Origin: Cyanobacteria bacterium J06626_4
Lineage (GTDB): Bacteria > Cyanobacteriota > Cyanobacteriia > Phormidesmidales > Phormidesmidaceae
Direction: 5' to 3'
DNA: 64,000 nt
NCBI GenBank assembly: GCA_038523235.1
Contig: JBCBJQ010000014.1
Span: 1 to 64,000 of the forward strand
A program made the translations under genes and the position numbers. Shown here one piece after another: positions 61,757 through 64,000 of this stretch (position 1 is its first letter; every line of letters starts with the position of its first letter). Below the pieces are notes generated by a model. The model saw only the letters and a program-made list of their open reading frames with translations. It did not search any database and had not been told where the DNA came from.

Positions 61757-63838
61757 ATGAAAAAGGACCTTACACGCTATCGCAACATTGGCATTTTTGC
61801 CCACGTAGATGCTGGAAAAACCACCACTACCGAGCGGATTTTGAAGCTCACGGGTAAAATCCACAAAATTGGTGAGGTCCATGAAGGTGCGGCAACTACT
61901 GACTTCATGGAACAAGAGCAAGAGCGCGGGATTACGATTCAATCTGCTGCGACCTCCTGCTTTTGGAATGAGCACCAGCTCAATATTATTGACACGCCCG
62001 GACACGTTGACTTCACCATCGAAGTCTATCGTTCGCTCAAGGTGCTGGACGGCGGCATCGGCGTATTTTGCGGCTCTGGTGGCGTTGAACCCCAGTCTGA
62101 AACCAACTGGCGCTACGCCAATGACTCAAAGGTGGCGCGGATTATCTACGTCAACAAGCTCGATCGCATCGGGGCTGATTTTTTCCGCGTGGTCAAGCAG
62201 GTAGACGAAATTTTGGCGGCCAAGCCGTTAGTCATGGTGCTGCCCATTGGTGTAGAAAGTGACTTCGTTGGGGTTGTCGATCTCCTGACTGAAAAGGCTT
62301 GGGTCTGGGATGATTCGGGTGAACCGATGAACTACGAGATTCAGGACGTACCTGAAGACATGAAAGAGCAGGTAAAGGAATATCGTGAAGCGCTGGTCGA
62401 GCTTGCCGTTGAGCAAGACGAAGAGTTACTCATGAAGTACCTTGAAGGCGAAGAGGTGACAATCGACGAGCTCAAGCACTGTATTCGTAAGGGCACCCGC
62501 GAATTAACCTTCTTCCCCACTTACTGTGGCTCCTCCTTTAAGAACAAAGGGGTGCAGCTAGTGCTGGATGCGGTGGTTGATTATCTGCCCGCACCGAACG
62601 AGGTACCGCCGCAGCCGGAAGTTGACCTCGAAGGCAACGAGACGGGGAATTTGGCCTACGTTGACCCGGAGAAGCCTTTGCGAGCCTTGGCTTTCAAAAT
62701 CATGGACGATCGCTTCGGCGCGTTGACCTTTACCCGCATCTATTCTGGCGTCATCAATAAGGGTGACAACGTGATGGATACCGCCACCGGCAAGAGCGAG
62801 CGCATCAGCCGCATTGTTGAAATGCACGCGAACGATCGCCAAGAGGTGGCCAGTGCTCAAGCCGGTGACATTGTGGCGCTGGTCGGGCTCAAAAATGTGC
62901 AAACGGGCCACACGTTGTGTGATCCCAAAAATCCCGCGACGCTGGAGCCGATGGTCTTCCCCGAGCCGGTGATTTCCGTTTCGGTGGGGCCTAAGACCAA
63001 GGGCGACAACGAGAAAATGGGCGCAGCGCTGAGCAAGATGGTGCAGGAAGATCCTTCTTTCTACGTAGAGACGGATCAAGAAAGCGGCGAAGTCATCATG
63101 AAGGGGATGGGCGAACTGCACCTCGACATCAAAGTCGACATTTTGAAGCGTACTCACGGGGTCGAAGTGGAAGTGGGCAAGCCGCAGGTGGCTTATCGTG
63201 AGTCCATCACCAAGGTGCTCAACGACAGCTACACCCACAAAAAGCAGTCCGGTGGTTCCGGTCAGTACGGCAAAATCGACTACACGATCGAACCCGGTGA
63301 AACGGGTACAGGCTTCCAGTTTGAGTCCAAGGTGACTGGCGGTAACGTACCTCGGGAATTTTGGCCGGCGGTGCAAAAAGGCTTTGAGACCAGTGTCGAC
63401 AAGGGGCCGCTGGCCGGCTACCCGGTGGTTGACCTCAAAGTCACGCTCACTGATGGGGGCTACCACGCAGTTGACTCGTCAGCGATCGCCTTCGAGATTG
63501 CGGCCAAGGCAGCCTATCGTCAGTCACTTCCCAAAGCGGGCCTGCAACTGCTAGAGCCTATCATGAAGGTCGACGTGTTCACTCCTGATGACTACATGGG
63601 GGATGTCATTGGTGACCTTAACCGTCGTCGTGGCATGATTCTCGGTCAAGATACTGGCCCCACTGGCGTTCGCATCAAGGCGGAAGCGCCCTTGAGCGAG
63701 ATGTTTGGCTACATTGGCGATCTGCGCACCATGACCTCGGGTCGCGGCCAGTTCTCAATGACCTTCTCTCACTATTCACCCTGTCCGAACAATGTGGCAG
63801 AAGTGGTGATCAAAGAAGCCAAAGAGCGCGCAGCTTAA
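61757..63838 (+). CDS. fusA: Elongation factor G, stand-alone paralog (fusB-type)
   Basis: [40 protein letters not shown]; no rpsL/rpsG/tuf neighbours. Confidence 0.93.
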   Translation: MKKDLTRYRNIGIFAHVDAGKTTTTERILKLTGKIHKIGEVHEGAATTDFMEQEQERGITIQSAATSCFWNEHQLNIIDTPGHVDFTIEVYRSLKVLDGGIGVFCGSGGVEPQSETNWRYANDSKVARIIYVNKLDRIGADFFRVVKQVDEILAAKPLVMVLPIGVESDFVGVVDLLTEKAWVWDDSGEPMNYEIQDVPEDMKEQVKEYREALVELAVEQDEELLMKYLEGEEVTIDELKHCIRKGTRELTFFPTYCGSSFKNKGVQLVLDAVVDYLPAPNEVPPQPEVDLEGNETGNLAYVDPEKPLRALAFKIMDDRFGALTFTRIYSGVINKGDNVMDTATGKSERISRIVEMHANDRQEVASAQAGDIVALVGLKNVQTGHTLCDPKNPATLEPMVFPEPVISVSVGPKTKGDNEKMGAALSKMVQEDPSFYVETDQESGEVIMKGMGELHLDIKVDILKRTHGVEVEVGKPQVAYRESITKVLNDSYTHKKQSGGSGQYGKIDYTIEPGETGTGFQFESKVTGGNVPREFWPAVQKGFETSVDKGPLAGYPVVDLKVTLTDGGYHAVDSSAIAFEIAAKAAYRQSLPKAGLQLLEPIMKVDVFTPDDYMGDVIGDLNRRRGMILGQDTGPTGVRIKAEAPLSEMFGYIGDLRTMTSGRGQFSMTFSHYSPCPNNVAEVVIKEAKERAA

Positions 63839-63880
63839 TCATTGACCATTCACAGCTCTGACAACTGTGGAATAACGCTT

Positions 63881-63930
63881 TCAAAGGGGCAAGAACGATC
63901 GCCGTTCTTGCCCCTTTGAGTTTTGTTTTT
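63881..63930 (+). terminator. Intrinsic terminator after EF-G
   Basis: tcaaaggggcaagaacg-atcgc-cgttcttgcccctttga followed by a T-rich tail. Confidence 0.85.
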
Positions 63931-64000
63931 GGGTGAAGAGACTGGGATGTTGCAAAACGATTGCCCATACTTGGAAACCCCCAACTCGAATCACTAACTG

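Noticed and set aside
62558..63466. 302-aa antisense ORF
   Set aside because: Lies wholly opposite EF-G; typical shadow ORF with no recognisable motifs.
1..64000. CRISPR array, prophage or NRPS/PKS genes
   Set aside because: No regularly spaced repeat-spacer array, cas, phage or megasynthase genes were seen.
1..64000. Frequent GCGATCGC as a novel repeat
   Set aside because: This is the well-known cyanobacterial HIP1.

Overview
64 kb of chromosome from a filamentous cyanobacterium. The HIP1 octamer GCGATCGC is abundant, chlI, bciB and an hpsJ-type gene are present, and the envelope proteins are very acidic, which fits a marine or halotolerant Leptolyngbya/Nodosilinea/Halomicronema-like strain (inference). 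Most of the window is housekeeping: folD-crtE, sodB, ppk2, cysE, tRNA-Arg(ACG), moaC, chlI-ruvC, prfB (programmed +1 frameshift), rnpB, murQ, tamB-lepB, bciB and a stand-alone second EF-G. Accessory elements include several MITE/REP-like intergenic repeats and an AT-rich patch at 15.8-17.9 kb containing an attC-like site, an orphan ORF and an IS5-family element killed by a nonsense codon. The best candidate for an undescribed system is a terminator-bounded two-gene operon at 33289-34735. It encodes a heme-oxygenase-like diiron oxidase (HDO) and a stand-alone SET-domain methyltransferase, sits behind a 1 kb structured leader, and is followed by a Cache sensor kinase and a GPH/MFS transporter. 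The upstream regions of all three units share a TGGCAACA motif. All family calls are from motif recognition only; no database searches were run.
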